A stretch of 63,738 bases of DNA, filler included, from Octopus bimaculoides (taxonomy: Eukaryota): NCBI RefSeq assembly GCF_001194135.2. It is 8 parts of 7 records of this genome, joined end to end, with 100 filler letters (N's around TTAATTAATTAA, not from the genome) between each part and the next. Parts side by side here need not be neighbours in the genome. Positions count along the whole stretch, not along the records: positions 6,348 to 27,303 come from NC_068986.1; 7 more parts are not named here. One strand, written 5' to 3'. This document shows, piece by piece, positions 11,700 to 23,595 of the stretch. The notes beneath the pieces were generated by a model, which saw nothing but the letters and a program-made list of their open reading frames with translations, was not told the DNA's origin and searched no databases. How positions within the stretch are numbered: the first letter of the stretch is position 1; each line of letters opens with the position of its first letter. The position numbers were made by a program, and so were the translations under genes.

Positions 11700-12450
11700 T
11701 CTTAGAGATACTTAAGAGTCAAGAAGAATCAACAAAATGGCAAATTCCACTAAATTACAAGAATATCTTCATGAGATATTTCTGTATGACAATGAAGGAT
11801 CATTGTTGTCCTTCGGGCATAATCCAAATAGAAATCAAGAAATTATAGATGAGTTCCTATTTGTTGTACAGTTGTAAACATACATAAAAATGCTCTACAA
11901 TTTCTAATGTATTTGAGTACTTTTTAATGATAAACATACTCATCTTACAAATGCCATTGTATTACAACTGATAATGTAGCTTCCATGAATAGTTGCCATC
12001 TGGATTTGTAGCACATTTAAAAGAAGCAGTTTCAACTATGAGATTCACTGTATTAGCTGCAAAACATCTCAGCAGTCGACTGCATAAAACTTTGCGCAAT
12101 GTTTTTAAAGTAGTGAATGAGATAAAAGCTCGCCTGTTGAATAATCGTATTTTTTTTTTTTTTTTTATAAAAAAAGAAACTTTACCATGAAAATCAGCAA
12201 GAAATTGTGTCTTTTCCTACATAAATGGAGTTTGAGGTCTTTCTAAAGGAAACTAGTTGCAACACTTTTATGATCAAAACAATGCTATTTTACATGTTTG
12301 AAAGTTGTACGATAAGAAAACGTGTGATGAGCTGAAAAAGCCAGGGATTCACATCGCTTATCTTTCTGACATCTGCAACAAATGAAATGAGGTAAACATA
12401 ATAAAATTACAAGAAAAATAAGTGAACCTTATAAAAGCAAAAGAATTAAT
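11700..12450 (+). pseudogene. hAT (Charlie/SPIN-like) transposase remnant
   Basis: Broken frames give EIIDEFLFVVQL, ITTDNVASM, GFVAHLKEAV, LAAKHLSSRLHKTLRNVFKVVNEIKARLLNNRIF, V*GLSKGN (VRWLSKG motif) and IAYLSDICNK*NEVN..KLQ. Confidence 0.75.
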
Positions 12451-12737
12451 ATATATACTTCTTTTTTTTATCAGTAGAATTACATGTGACATTAATGGCG
12501 TTGTAAGACGAAATTTTCAGCGGCTTCCGAATATACAAATAATAAAAAAATAATGACAGTAAATGGATGCCAGATACAAATCTGGAGAATTATTCTCATC
12601 TACAGGAACTGAAAGACGATAACATGATGAGCAGGTATAAAAATCTGTGATGAATTGAAAATACCACTGCCTGACATAAATCTGATACATTTTCGCTGCA
12701 TATTTTGTAAAACTAGATCAATAGACTTGCATTCATA

Positions 12738-13129
12738 AATACACTAAACTAAATTAATAGACTTCCACCCAGAGATATACTAAACTAAATTAATAGACTT
12801 CCACCAATAGATATACTAAACTAAATTAGTAGACTTCCATCCATAGATCTAAACTAAATTAATAGACTTCCACCCATAGATATACTAAACTAAATTAATA
12901 GATTTCCACCCATAGATCTAAACTAAATTAATAGATTTCCACCCATAGATATACTAAACTAAATGAATAGACTTCCACCCATAAATCTAAACTAAATTAA
13001 TAGACTTCCACCCATAGATATACTAAACTAAATTAATAGACTTCCACCCATAGATATACTAAACTAAGTTAATAGACTTCTACCCATAGATATACTAAAC
13101 TAAATTAATAGACTTCCACCCATAGATAC
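12738..13129. repeat. Minisatellite, 11 copies of 36-bp / 33-bp variants
   Basis: Long unit ATATACTAAACTAAATTAATAGACTTCCACCCATAG, short unit ATCTAAACTAAATTAATAGACTTCCACCCATAG. Order is L L L S L S L S L L L. Confidence 0.95.
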
Positions 13130-13732
13130 AAAGGAAGTATTGTTTTTCCTTTATATTTGGCCTAGAACGGTTTCAGAGTCATGTATTTGTTTATTAATAG
13201 ATTATAAATGAGTTTACAAGAAGATTTGAGCCGTTGGCAAAAAACAGCAACAAAAAACACACATTCAAACAAACAAAAATCTACAAAGAACAATGAACTA
13301 AATATCGGAAGTTTATATTATTTTAGGCACCGGATGACTATTTAAATATAGAAGTACATTAAATGCGTAGTATATATGATTTTGATTATGAGTTCGTTAG
13401 TTAAAAGAAACTTGTATGAAAGTGACAAATTTTTGCGTACACATACGCAGATAACAGTGAGGCTTTCTCTTGCATAATATTTCATTGCATTTCTATAATT
13501 ATTGAGTGATAAACTGCAATGAAAGTTATTAGGGAAGCTTTTTCACATATATTTGAAAGGGGACATGAAGCAAACAAGTTTAAAAAAATCAATTTTAAAT
13601 GAAGTTTGTAGGAAGTAAGTTAACAGTGAAAGACTTCAGGATTCTTCACAGTTGCCTCAATGCATTTCCTCCCTAAAACTTAAAATCAACAACAATAGCA
13701 ACGACGACGACAACAACAACAACACTAATAAT

Positions 13733-13936
13733 AATGGTTTCAAATTTTGCCACAAGAGCAGCAATTTTCGGGGAGAGGATGAGTCAATTACATCGACCCC
13801 AGTGATGAACTGGTACTTATTTTATCGACCTGTAAAATCGACCTCAGCGGGATTTGATCTCAGATCGTAGTGATGGGTGAAATACCACTAGGCATTTCGC
13901 CCAGCGTGCTAACGATTCAGCCATCGCGCTGCCTTA
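13733..13936 (-). mobile_element. Deu/Nin-like SINE
   Basis: Head AAGGCAGCGCGATGGCTGAATCGTTAGCACGCTGGGCGAAATGC, body GTCGATAAAATAAGTACCAGTT, tail ending TTTGAAACCATT. Confidence 0.8.
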
Positions 13937-13939
13937 ATA

Positions 13940-14303
13940 ATAATAATAATAATAATAACAATTAATTCTTTTATTGGCCACAAGGGCTCACATAAAATTA
14001 CATTAAAAGACATACAAGAACATAAAAGACAAAAAAAAGACGATACAATGGATTTTACAACGTGTAAACAATATAAATAACAATTCAAAATTAAGCAATT
14101 TAAACTCCTAATAGGAGAGGCGCTTTAAGGACCTCGTGGAAAACCCCACAAAAGCCACGGGTACCTGAACAACAGGGCAAGAGCCCTTCATCTTTTGTTT
14201 ACAGGTGCACGTTCAGAATTGGTCCCTTCACACTGGCCATTCTTCCAACATTCACCCATCTTCCAACAAACTTGCTACAAAGCAACACTTACCCCTCTAC
14301 CCC
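13940..14303 (-). mobile_element. Tx1/L1-clade LINE 3' end
   Basis: RVEG*VLLCSKFVGRWVNVGRMASVKGPILNVHL* is homologous to the C-terminus near 2020-2120. The UTR shares GGTACCCGTG..TTTT with 2170 and ends in CCCTTGTGGCCAATAAAAGAATT(ATT)n. Confidence 0.7.
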
Positions 14304-14304
14304 C

Positions 14305-14400
14305 AAGAAGAAGAAAAAGAAGAAGAAGAAGAAGAAGAAGAAGAAGAAGAAGAAGAAGAAGAAGAAGAAGAAGAAGAAGAACAACAACAACAACAACAAC

Positions 14401-14462
<62 letters not shown>
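14305..14462. repeat. Compound trinucleotide microsatellite (GAA)n(CAA)n(TAA)n
   Basis: Directly visible. Confidence 0.97.
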
Positions 14463-14463
<1 letters not shown>

Positions 14464-15026
14464 TGCCTTGATGCAGTACCATACAAGAGTTCTCATGGCT
14501 TCTGATCTTGACTGATTCGAAGTGCTATCATGTACATTGTTTTGTCTTGGTATAAAAGATGGGCTACAACAAATATTCTGCTCAATACTACAGATTTGCT
14601 TGCCAGATTTTTGATTTTTGACCTTAACTAGTTAAGCATTTTCCTTAGTGGCTGACGATATGTGCATCTCTGATCACTAGCAGAAGTTGTGGGGGGAGCA
14701 TCATAGCCATGTGTTGAGGGGAATAATTTGAAGTTTGGATAATTCATCTCTAGAATCATGGGTGTTTCATTCAACATCCTTAAACAACCCTTATTCAGGG
14801 ACCTTTTGAGCAGGATGGGCTACTCGACCTAAAGAAAATTCTAAGTGGACCCCACCTGTAAGGCTGTGCACTGTTTATCTTGAAAAGAGATGACCATGTT
14901 GCATATATATGCCTGTGTGGCATGTACCTAGTGTACCCTTATCAGATGGGTAGTCATGATGGCTATATTGGGCATCATATATTTTACCCCAGTGTCACTT
15001 TGATGGCATGCACTGCTCTCTCATTC
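14463..15026. mobile_element. ~565-bp non-coding interspersed repeat embedded in (AAT)n; partial copies at 30961-31135 (opposite strand) and ~33380-33470
   Basis: Both ends abut (AAT)n. Internal segments recur, e.g. CATGGGTGTTTC.TTCAACAT.CTTAAACAACC.TTATTCAG and TATCAGA.GGGTAGTCATGAT. Confidence 0.75.
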
Positions 15027-15074
<48 letters not shown>

Positions 15075-15077
<3 letters not shown>

Positions 15078-15371
15078 AATTCTTTTCACTATAGGCAAAA
15101 GGCCTGGTGTTTTCGGGGGAAAGGGGCTTGTCGATTACGTGGATCCAGCTATCAACTGCTACTTTATTTTATTGGCTTCGAAAAGAATTCAAAACGTAAA
15201 ACCGGAAGAACTGTCGCTAAGCATTTTGTTCACCGTGATAACGACTCCACTAGCTCGTTGCTTTAATGGAACGCTTCACGTATTTGCGCAGGGGCCATGT
15301 TTAATTTCTCTGTATCATTCCAAATTTAAAACGTGCACTACCGAAGAAAGTACAAATAATAATAATCATAA

Positions 15372-15429
<58 letters not shown>

Positions 15430-15650
15430 GCTGCTGCTGCTGTAATAATAAAGCTTGCAATTTTGGAGGAAGGGGCTTGTCAATTACTTCGACCCCAACA
15501 CTTGATTGGTAGTTCGATTTATCGAACCCCTCCCCTATTCCGATGAATGAAAGGCAAACTCGACATCTGCGAAATTTGAAATCAGATTTTAAAGACAGAC
15601 GGAATGCCGCGCTGCACTAACTATTCTGCGAGCTAACCACCTTCATGATA
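15075..15650 (-). mobile_element. Two degenerate Deu/Nin-like SINE copies (~15075-15265 and ~15460-15650) separated by (CTA)n
   Basis: TATAGGCAAAAGGCCTG tail, CGACCCC body, GAAAGGCAAA.TCGAC and AATTTGAA.TCAGA motifs. Confidence 0.65.
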
Positions 15651-15892
15651 AATTATAATAATGATAATGATGATGATGATGATCATGTCGATGATGAGGC
15701 TGAATGCAAGATAGTTTGATAAAAGTATTGAGTTAGAGAACCAAGCCCACACTCATACATAAACGTGGTTAGGTGCATACATATACATAAACTCGTGCAC
15801 ACGTACATATACAATGTATGTATGTGTATGTTTGTAAGTATATATATATATATATATGTGTATATATATGTATGTGTGTACATATATATATA

Positions 15893-15931
<39 letters not shown>

Positions 15932-16785
15932 NNNNNNNNNNNNNNNNNNNNNNNNNNNNNNNNNNNNNNNNNNNNNNNNNNNNNNNNNNNNNNNNNNNNN
16001 NNNNNNNNNNNNNNNNNNNNNNNNNNNNNNNNNNNNNNNNNNNNNNNNNNNNNNNNNNNNNNNNNNNNNNNNNNNNNNNNNNNNNNNNNNNNNNNNNNNN
16101 NNNNNNNNNNNNNNNNNNNNNNNNNNNNNNNNNNNNNNNNNNNNNNNNNNNNNNNNNNNNNNNNNNNNNNNNNNNNNNNNNNNNNNNNNNNNNNNNNNNN
16201 NNNNNNNNNNNNNNNNNNNNNNNNNNNNNNNNNNNNNNNNNNNNNNNNNNNNNNNNNNNNNNNNNNNNNNNNNNNNNNNNNNNNNNNNNNNNNNNNNNNN
16301 NNNNNNNNNNNNNNNNNNNNNNNNNNNNNNNNNNNNNNNNNNNNNNNNNNNNNNNNNNNNNNNNNNNNNNNNNNNNNNNNNNNNNNNNNNNNNNNNNNNN
16401 NNNNNNNNNNNNNNNNNNNNNNNNNNNNNNNNNNNNNNNNNNNNNNNNNNNNNNNNNNNNNNNNNNNNNNNNNNNNNNNNNNNNNNNNNNNNNNNNNNNN
16501 NNNNNNNNNNNNNNNNNNNNNNNNNNNNNNNNNNNNNNNNNNNNNNNNNNNNNNNNNNNNNNNNNNNNNNNNNNNNNNNNNNNNNNNNNNNNNNNNNNNN
16601 NNNNNNNNNNNNNNNNNNNNNNNNNNNNNNNNNNNNNNNNNNNNNNNNNNNNNNNNNNNNNNNNNNNNNNNNNTATATATGTCCCATCTTTTTGACGACA
16701 TCATGGCGTTGCGGTTATAAGAGGTCTTTATGTTGAACTACACAAGGATCTTTAAAGACCCTGAAAAATTAGTTAAGCCCTTCCT

Positions 16786-17170
16786 GGGGTTAAAAATAGC
16801 AGTAACGTCAATTCTTACGGAACAGCCATGTTACTGCTTAGAGACTTTTCAACTAGATGATTTGCTTATTGGAAAATCAGTGGCTGTGTGTGTGTCACTA
16901 CATTTCTATATATTGCGAGTGGGAGTGAAGTACTGCTTTCTCTAGAGGGCGCGTATCCACCACCGAGAACGACTAAATAGAAGTCGAAACGTACATGTGG
17001 GGGTCTCGAATCTAGAAGAGCGTAGGGGTTGATTCCCTTGCTTGAGATATATATCGATTGCAGATTGAAACAAATAACCAGCTAGAGGAGGCGTCCTATT
17101 GGGGTTGAAAATAGCAGTAACGTCGGTGCCATGTTTAAGTGGCGATCAACATTACTTCTCGGTATAGTTA
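16786..17170 (+). mobile_element. Circularly permuted ~315-350-bp repeat unit (Penelope pLTR-like); related fragment at ~22190-22245 (-)
   Basis: GGGGTT(A/G)AAAATAGCAGTAACGTC occurs at 16786 and again at 17101. Internal stem GACT-AAATAGA-AGTC is followed by GAAACGTA. Confidence 0.5.
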
Positions 17171-18585
17171 CTGCTTTCATCTCTTATTGAAAATACATGG
17201 GCAATGAACATTTTTCTACTTCTTTCTCTCTCTTTCATACCTATGCTAACGCCAGTACTACATTTAATAAGTCATAACCAGGAGTGTTTGTGCTTTCGGC
17301 GGTTTATTCTTTTGAATTTGATTGTTTTTCGCTCATAATATTAGCACCTAACGATTCCATTACGAAAGTTAAATTGCTTTTAAAAGAAACAGTTCTGTCG
17401 AAAGAATTTTAGAAAATTCGTAAATTTCTAAGGAAAGAGGAAACAAATAGTTTCGCAAGTTTATAAGATTAAGAAACATGCCAGAAAGAAATTCCACTCA
17501 TCTTACCTAAAAGATAAATAATAGATTTTCAAGAATATTTCAAAACAAAAATTAAAGAATCTTTAGTGAAAAGCCATTGACGCTAACAAAACCTGCTGAA
17601 TATACGAACAAAAATTCTATTCAATCAGTTTTACCATCATGTATCTATTCATGTATGTTCTCCTCCGCTTTTAATTATTTGGCGTCCTGTAAGGATGGAG
17701 CTCGTTTCTTACAAAGATACAAAGCTCCACCATTGGAATGTAGATTACAAAAACAATGTCACATATTTAACATGAGAGAGGTCTTGCGTATTTTTACTAT
17801 TCCCTTACAGATTATACTTATGTGCGTGTTAGCTGGCTGATTTCTTTATCAGAAAAAGCTTTTTTCAGTTAACCACATAAAATCTACTCACAAGCCTAAG
17901 TGCACCAACTATTAGTGATATAAATACGAATCTATAACCGTTCATTCATTCATTCATTCATTCATTCATACACTCGTACATAAATACATACCGATATATC
18001 TTTGTGTGCGTTTATGGTTAGGTCTACGTATATTAGGAGGACCACTCCGTCGGTTACTATGACGAGGGTCCTAGCTGATACGATCAACAGAGCAGCTTGT
18101 TCGTAAAATTAACGTGTAAGTGGATGAGTAGTCCACAGACACGTGTACCTTTAACATAGTCCGCAGGGAGAAAATTGATATGTAATAACTCTTGCACGCG
18201 CACGCATACAACTACAGACATGAAAAATAATAAGAAATCAAAGGCAAACCTGAGTGACGTGGAAGTGAACGCTGCAACTACGATCGTTAACAGTCTTGTC
18301 ACCACCACCACCAACAAACATTACAGAAAAGGACATTAAAACGAACAAACACCCATACACAATACCACCAGAACACATCAACATTTACCACATCACACCA
18401 AAATTGCACCACACACTAAAACCCCTCTACCCCAATGCGGTAGGGGGATGTCATAAATACCTATCGAAAAAAACATTACAACAGCCTCCTTGATGAAAAA
18501 TCAAAGGAAGAGACAAAACTTTTGAACAGTAGGTAACTCTCTGTGTCTTTCGTTTATATTTTAAAGCATACAACCCAATAAGATC

Positions 18586-19338
18586 ATGATCAAGATTGGT
18601 TGCGTGAATACGCGTGGCTTGGGGTCCCCTTGGAAACAAGGGTACCACTTAAATGACATAAAGTCACACGATTTGGGAATCATAGCCATAAGTGAGACCC
18701 GACTCCATGAAACACGGACTCTAAAGTCCATGTTTGGTGGACAATTTAACATTGATTTTTCTCACTATCTGCCGAGTATGGGAGGTAGTGGCACGGCGGT
18801 AATTTTTCGCAAGATTCTGGATCACGAAGTAAAAACGATATTCCGGAGGGTAGACTGGTTGTCCTGGATGTCGACGGCAGCGATGGGTGCGCTTTTCCCC
18901 TCCTAGCAGTCTATGCACCGCCTTTAACAGGTCGGCCGGATTTCTTTTGACGTCTAGAAGTATTCCTAGGAACGTCTCGTCCTTTACATTTAGTGGGGGA
19001 CTGGAATACTACCTTGGACACGCATCTAGACTACGTGTGAAGAGACAGAAATAGATGGGGATGCAAATGTCTCAGAGACCTACTCAGGTGCTTTCAACTG
19101 TCTGACAGGTACGGACTCGACCACCCAAATGCGCCAACTTGGACATGGAGCAAACGCATTGGGTCATCGAGATCGTATCTAGATAGGATACTGTGTAGGA
19201 CAGTAGATAGGGATAGCTTAGGATGTCTACAATTCCATATAGTCAGCTACATGGATCACAAACTTGTGACGTGTACGCTAGACTTAGATAAAGCACATAG
19301 GCAGGGCCCCGGTTACTGGAAACTAAACGCGTCTTTCT
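18586..19338 (+). pseudogene. Tx1/L1-clade LINE ORF2 APE endonuclease, frameshifted and truncated
   Basis: MIKIGCVNTRGL...IIAISETRL...GTAVIFRK; then EGRLVVLDV...LLAVYAP, HLVGDWNTTLD, PTWTWSKRIGSSRSYLDRILC, YMDHKLVTC and GPGYWKLNAS. Confidence 0.9.
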
Positions 19339-20726
19339 CGTTTACTGGTACGTGAGAAACGTAGTCATTTAGGTATCTTTATACTTTATTTATTTATAAC
19401 AGACCACCTTAAACTGTTCAGAGTTGTGCAGGGAAGATAGCTGATAGTACAAAAACTATACATTTTTTAGACAAACATTAAACACCTTGTTGTCTCAGTA
19501 AGCTCCACCTTTATTTTACATTGTGTATAGCCGGAAACGAACTTAGGGCCATTTTATAACAAACTTGAATTAAAAGTGTTGCCACATCTGAGTGCCACAT
19601 TACCAATTTGGGTGTCAATTCTTTTCGCTTCAAGAAGTATCGCACATTTTTTTTCTCTCTCTCCATCGCAAATATATATGGAAATTTATTTAAAACAAAT
19701 GTGCCCAGCTTCCGAGTTCTGATTTGTTCTAAAAAATTTGCTTTTTAGGTGCATATATGAATATTAAATGTCAACAGAAATAATGAAATAAAATACTCCT
19801 CGGGTATCTCCTTTTGCAGGNNNNNNNNNNNNNNNNNNNNNNNNNNNNNNNNNNNNNNNNNNNNNNNNNNNNNNNNNNNNNNNNNNNNNNNNNNNNNNNN
19901 NNNNNNNNNNNNNNNNNNNNNNNNNNNNNNNNNNNNNNNNNNNNNNNNNNNNNNNNNNNNNNNNNNNNNNNNNNNNNNNNNNNNNNNNNNNNNNNNNNNN
20001 NNNNNNNNNNNNNNNNNNNNNNNNNNNNNNNNNNNNNNNNNNNNNNNNNNNNNNNNNNNNNNNNNNNATATATATAGCATATATATATTTATGTATATAC
20101 ATACATACATAAATACATACACATACATATATAAACATATATATGTATATATATTCATGTTACATGTGTACGTGTATATATATATATACATGTACCTTTG
20201 TATATATATATATATATATATATACATGTACTTGTATATATATATATATGTGTATACACACATAAACATATATTTATGAATGAGCGTAACGTATATTTGT
20301 GCATGTATATGTGTTTGTGCGTGTTTGTGCGTGTGTGTGTGTGTGTGTGTGTGCGTAGGTGTGTGTTTTAGAAAATCTTTTTTAAGCAATAATGTCCTCG
20401 AGAAATGAAATTTCTATAAATTCCTGTATTTTATTACTAATTTAATGTTCATGAAGAAGAAATCTTTTCAAAATAACACTAACATCGAAATTACGAACAA
20501 AAACGTATCGATAATAACGCACATACACGTGCGCGCGCGCACACACACACACGTACGCATACACACACACACATCAACTCACACTTTTAAGGGGGGGAAA
20601 TATCGTCACGATGACACGCACGAGAATCACTAGCATAGCACATGTACTTATATGCGTGTGTGTGTAAGCGTATGTACGTAGGTATGTGTGTGTTTATACA
20701 TACACGCACACACAGACACAGACACA

Positions 20727-20766
<40 letters not shown>

Positions 20767-20913
20767 CACACACATATGTATATAAGACGAATTATTTAAT
20801 ATAATGTTAATTTTCTTAATCATTCTTAATATAATATAAAACATATCTATCTATTTATATCTATCTATGCATCAATCTTTGTGTCCGCTTCATTCTCTGT
20901 CTGTTTGTCTCTC

Positions 20914-20960
<47 letters not shown>

Positions 20961-20994
20961 TATGATTGACCGTTGACTGAACACTATTCAATTT

Positions 20995-21340
20995 TTTTTC
21001 TCCGTGTTTTTCTCCTTGTCTCCGTATTCTTTCTGTTGAAGAGCGTAGCTCGAAACGTCAAAGACTTTCCGTATTCCCGAGCGTCATACTAATATATACT
21101 TTTGTTATTTACACCACCTGTCCTCGTCTGTTGTTATTATTTGTATATTCTCCCATATATATNNNNNNNNNNTTCTCCGTGTTTTTCTCCTTGTCTCCGT
21201 ATTCTTTCTGTTGAAGAGCGTAGCTCGAAACGTCAAAGACTTTCCGTATTCCCGAGCGTCATACTAATATATACTTTTGTTATTTACACCACCTGTCCTC
21301 GTCTGTTGTTATTATTTGTATATTCTCCCATATATATATA
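20995..21340 (+). mobile_element. Penelope-like terminal-repeat fragment, present twice across a 10-N gap; related degenerate fragment ~63570-63650 (-)
   Basis: A ~165-bp sequence with TTGAAGAGCGTAGCTCGAAACGTC is duplicated at offset 175. It shares GACGCTC.GGAA..GGAAAG (on its minus strand) with ~63620. Confidence 0.5.
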
Positions 21341-21373
21341 TATACAAACGGTGGTGCCACAGTATGACAACAG

Positions 21374-21415
<42 letters not shown>

Positions 21416-23595
21416 ATTCAACAAGAGAATTATTGTCAGTAACTTTGAAGTTTCAGCTAGTTAAGCTATCATCGTACAGTGATATGTTTGAGCTCCTCTT
21501 GGCTTTATATAATCTCTGTTGAGATAAGGTTTTCTCCTCGGGTAGGTAGAGTTCTGTTGAATAATAATTACGCTGTAGAGTAGGTTGTGATGGAGAGGTT
21601 TCCTAGTGAAATTCTCTATTGATTAGTTATGAAACTGTTATTGTTCAGAACATAGTAATGCAGGTGTATATATTTAAAAGCTGGATTAAAAATTTGAACT
21701 CTGACACCTAAATTTTCAAAACAAAGGATTGAATCTAATAAAATCAACAATAACGAAAGCTTGCGCCATTTCCGCTAACCAAAGAACTCCTTCTTCCTAT
21801 CCACATCATGTTTTGAGCCCCTTAAAACCAACACCATGACCTGAAGATGATACACCTAAATATACATAGCTGTTTACTACGTTCTACTGCCATGAATAAA
21901 CTCGGAACAATGATATAATGCTAAATTTAATCAATAAAGTATTCTGCATATCATCTCTGCATTACAACCTTCCCTATAACCTAACTACCAGACAACAGAA
22001 TTCCACCTACATGAGAAAAAAATTGGTTTTCATCTCAAGAGAGACTATATTATGTCAAGATTAATTCCAATGCCTTATAGCTTAGCTGGCCGACACTTCG
22101 AAGTCGCCATCAATACTATTCTTGCTAACGTTGAATGTATTTATACTCCTTCAGATTAGTGTAAAATCGTTTACATCGTAAAAGTTATGTTTATCGCCAC
22201 TCGAACATGGCTGTTCCATAGGAACCGACGTTACTGCTATTTTATTTTATATTTTAACTGAACATAAAAACAGACANNNNNNNNNNNNNNNNNNNNNNNN
22301 NNNNNNNNNNNNNNNNNNNNNNNNNNNNNNNNNNNNNNNNNNNNNNNNNNNNNNNNNNNNNNNNNNNNNNNNNNNNNNNNNNNNNNNNNNNNNNNNNNNN
22401 NNAAAAAAAAACCGCTTTTTCTTCTCAGCAAGTTATCACTAACCTCGCTTGTCGCACAAAATAGCAGGAGATAGACAAAGCATCATATGAAGGATGGCAT
22501 AAAAATGTCTCCTCTCTCAAATGTAAATGTATCCGACCATAGAAAGATGGGGAATGAAGATCTTATGAAACAATAACAAACATGATAAAAAAAAGCGGAA
22601 AAGGGAAAGAAACGTTGACAGTGTGAGAGAGAAATCAAGTAACCGATGCGTATTTCTAACCGATTATTAAGCTAGAAATATGCATCTATTACATAAAAGC
22701 CATAAAATATACACGCACTCACACACAAGCACGCACACAGAGATATATATAAACACAAACACCTACATAAACATATGCACACGAACGCGTATACATGCAC
22801 ATAGGCACTCATATATATATATATATATATATANNNNNNNNNNNNNNNNNNNNNNNNNNNNNNNNNNNNNNNNNNNNNNNNNNNNNNNNNNNNNNNNNNN
22901 NNNNNNNNNNNNNNNNNNNNNNNNNNNNNNNNNNNNNNNNNNNNNNNNNNNNNNNNNNNNNNNNNNNNNNNNNNNNNNNNNNNNNNNNNNNNNNNNNNNN
23001 NNNNNNNNNNNNNNNNNNNNNNNNNNNNNNNNNNNNNNNNNNNNNNNNNNNNNNNNNNNNNNNNNNNNNNNNNNNNNNNNNNNNNNNNNNNNNNNNNNNN
23101 NNNNNNNNNNNNNNNNNNNNNNNNNNNNNNNNNNNNNNNNNNNNNNNNNNNNNNNNNNNNNNNNNNNNNNNNNNNNNNNNNNNNNNNNNNNNNNNNNNNN
23201 NNNNNNNNNNNNNNNNNNNNNNNNNNNNNNNNNNNNNNNNNNNNNNNNNNNNNNNNNNNNNNNNNNNNNNNNNNNNNNNNNNNNNNNNNNNNNNNNNNNN
23301 NNNNNNNNNNNNNNNNNNNNNNNNNNNNNNNNNNNNNNNNNNNNNNNNNNNNNNNNNNNNNNNNNNNNNNNNNNNNNNNNNNNNNNNNNNNNNNNNNNNN
23401 NNNNNNNNNNNNNNNNNNNNNNNNNNNNNNNNNNNNNNNNNNNNNNNNNNNNNNNNNNNNNNNNNNNNNNNNNNNNNNNNNNNNNNNNNACACACACACA
23501 CACATGGTCAAATTAAGTTTAAGACCGATGATGACAGTTTTATTCCTTCATGAATTTATTTTTAACAATACTGTATAAAATTATTTTACTTTTTA

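Noticed and set aside
12738-13129. CRISPR-like appearance of the 36-bp repeat
   Set aside because: Units abut with no unique spacers, the context is eukaryotic, and no cas genes are present.
15064-15546. 160-aa ORF
   Set aside because: It is an antisense read-through of two SINE fragments and a (CTA)n tract.
15683-16736. Long ORFs (250-414 aa) spanning N runs, here and at 22672-23553, 27356-28653, 38948-39942 etc.
   Set aside because: They are artefacts of translating gaps as X, flanked by (TA)n/(CA)n repeats.
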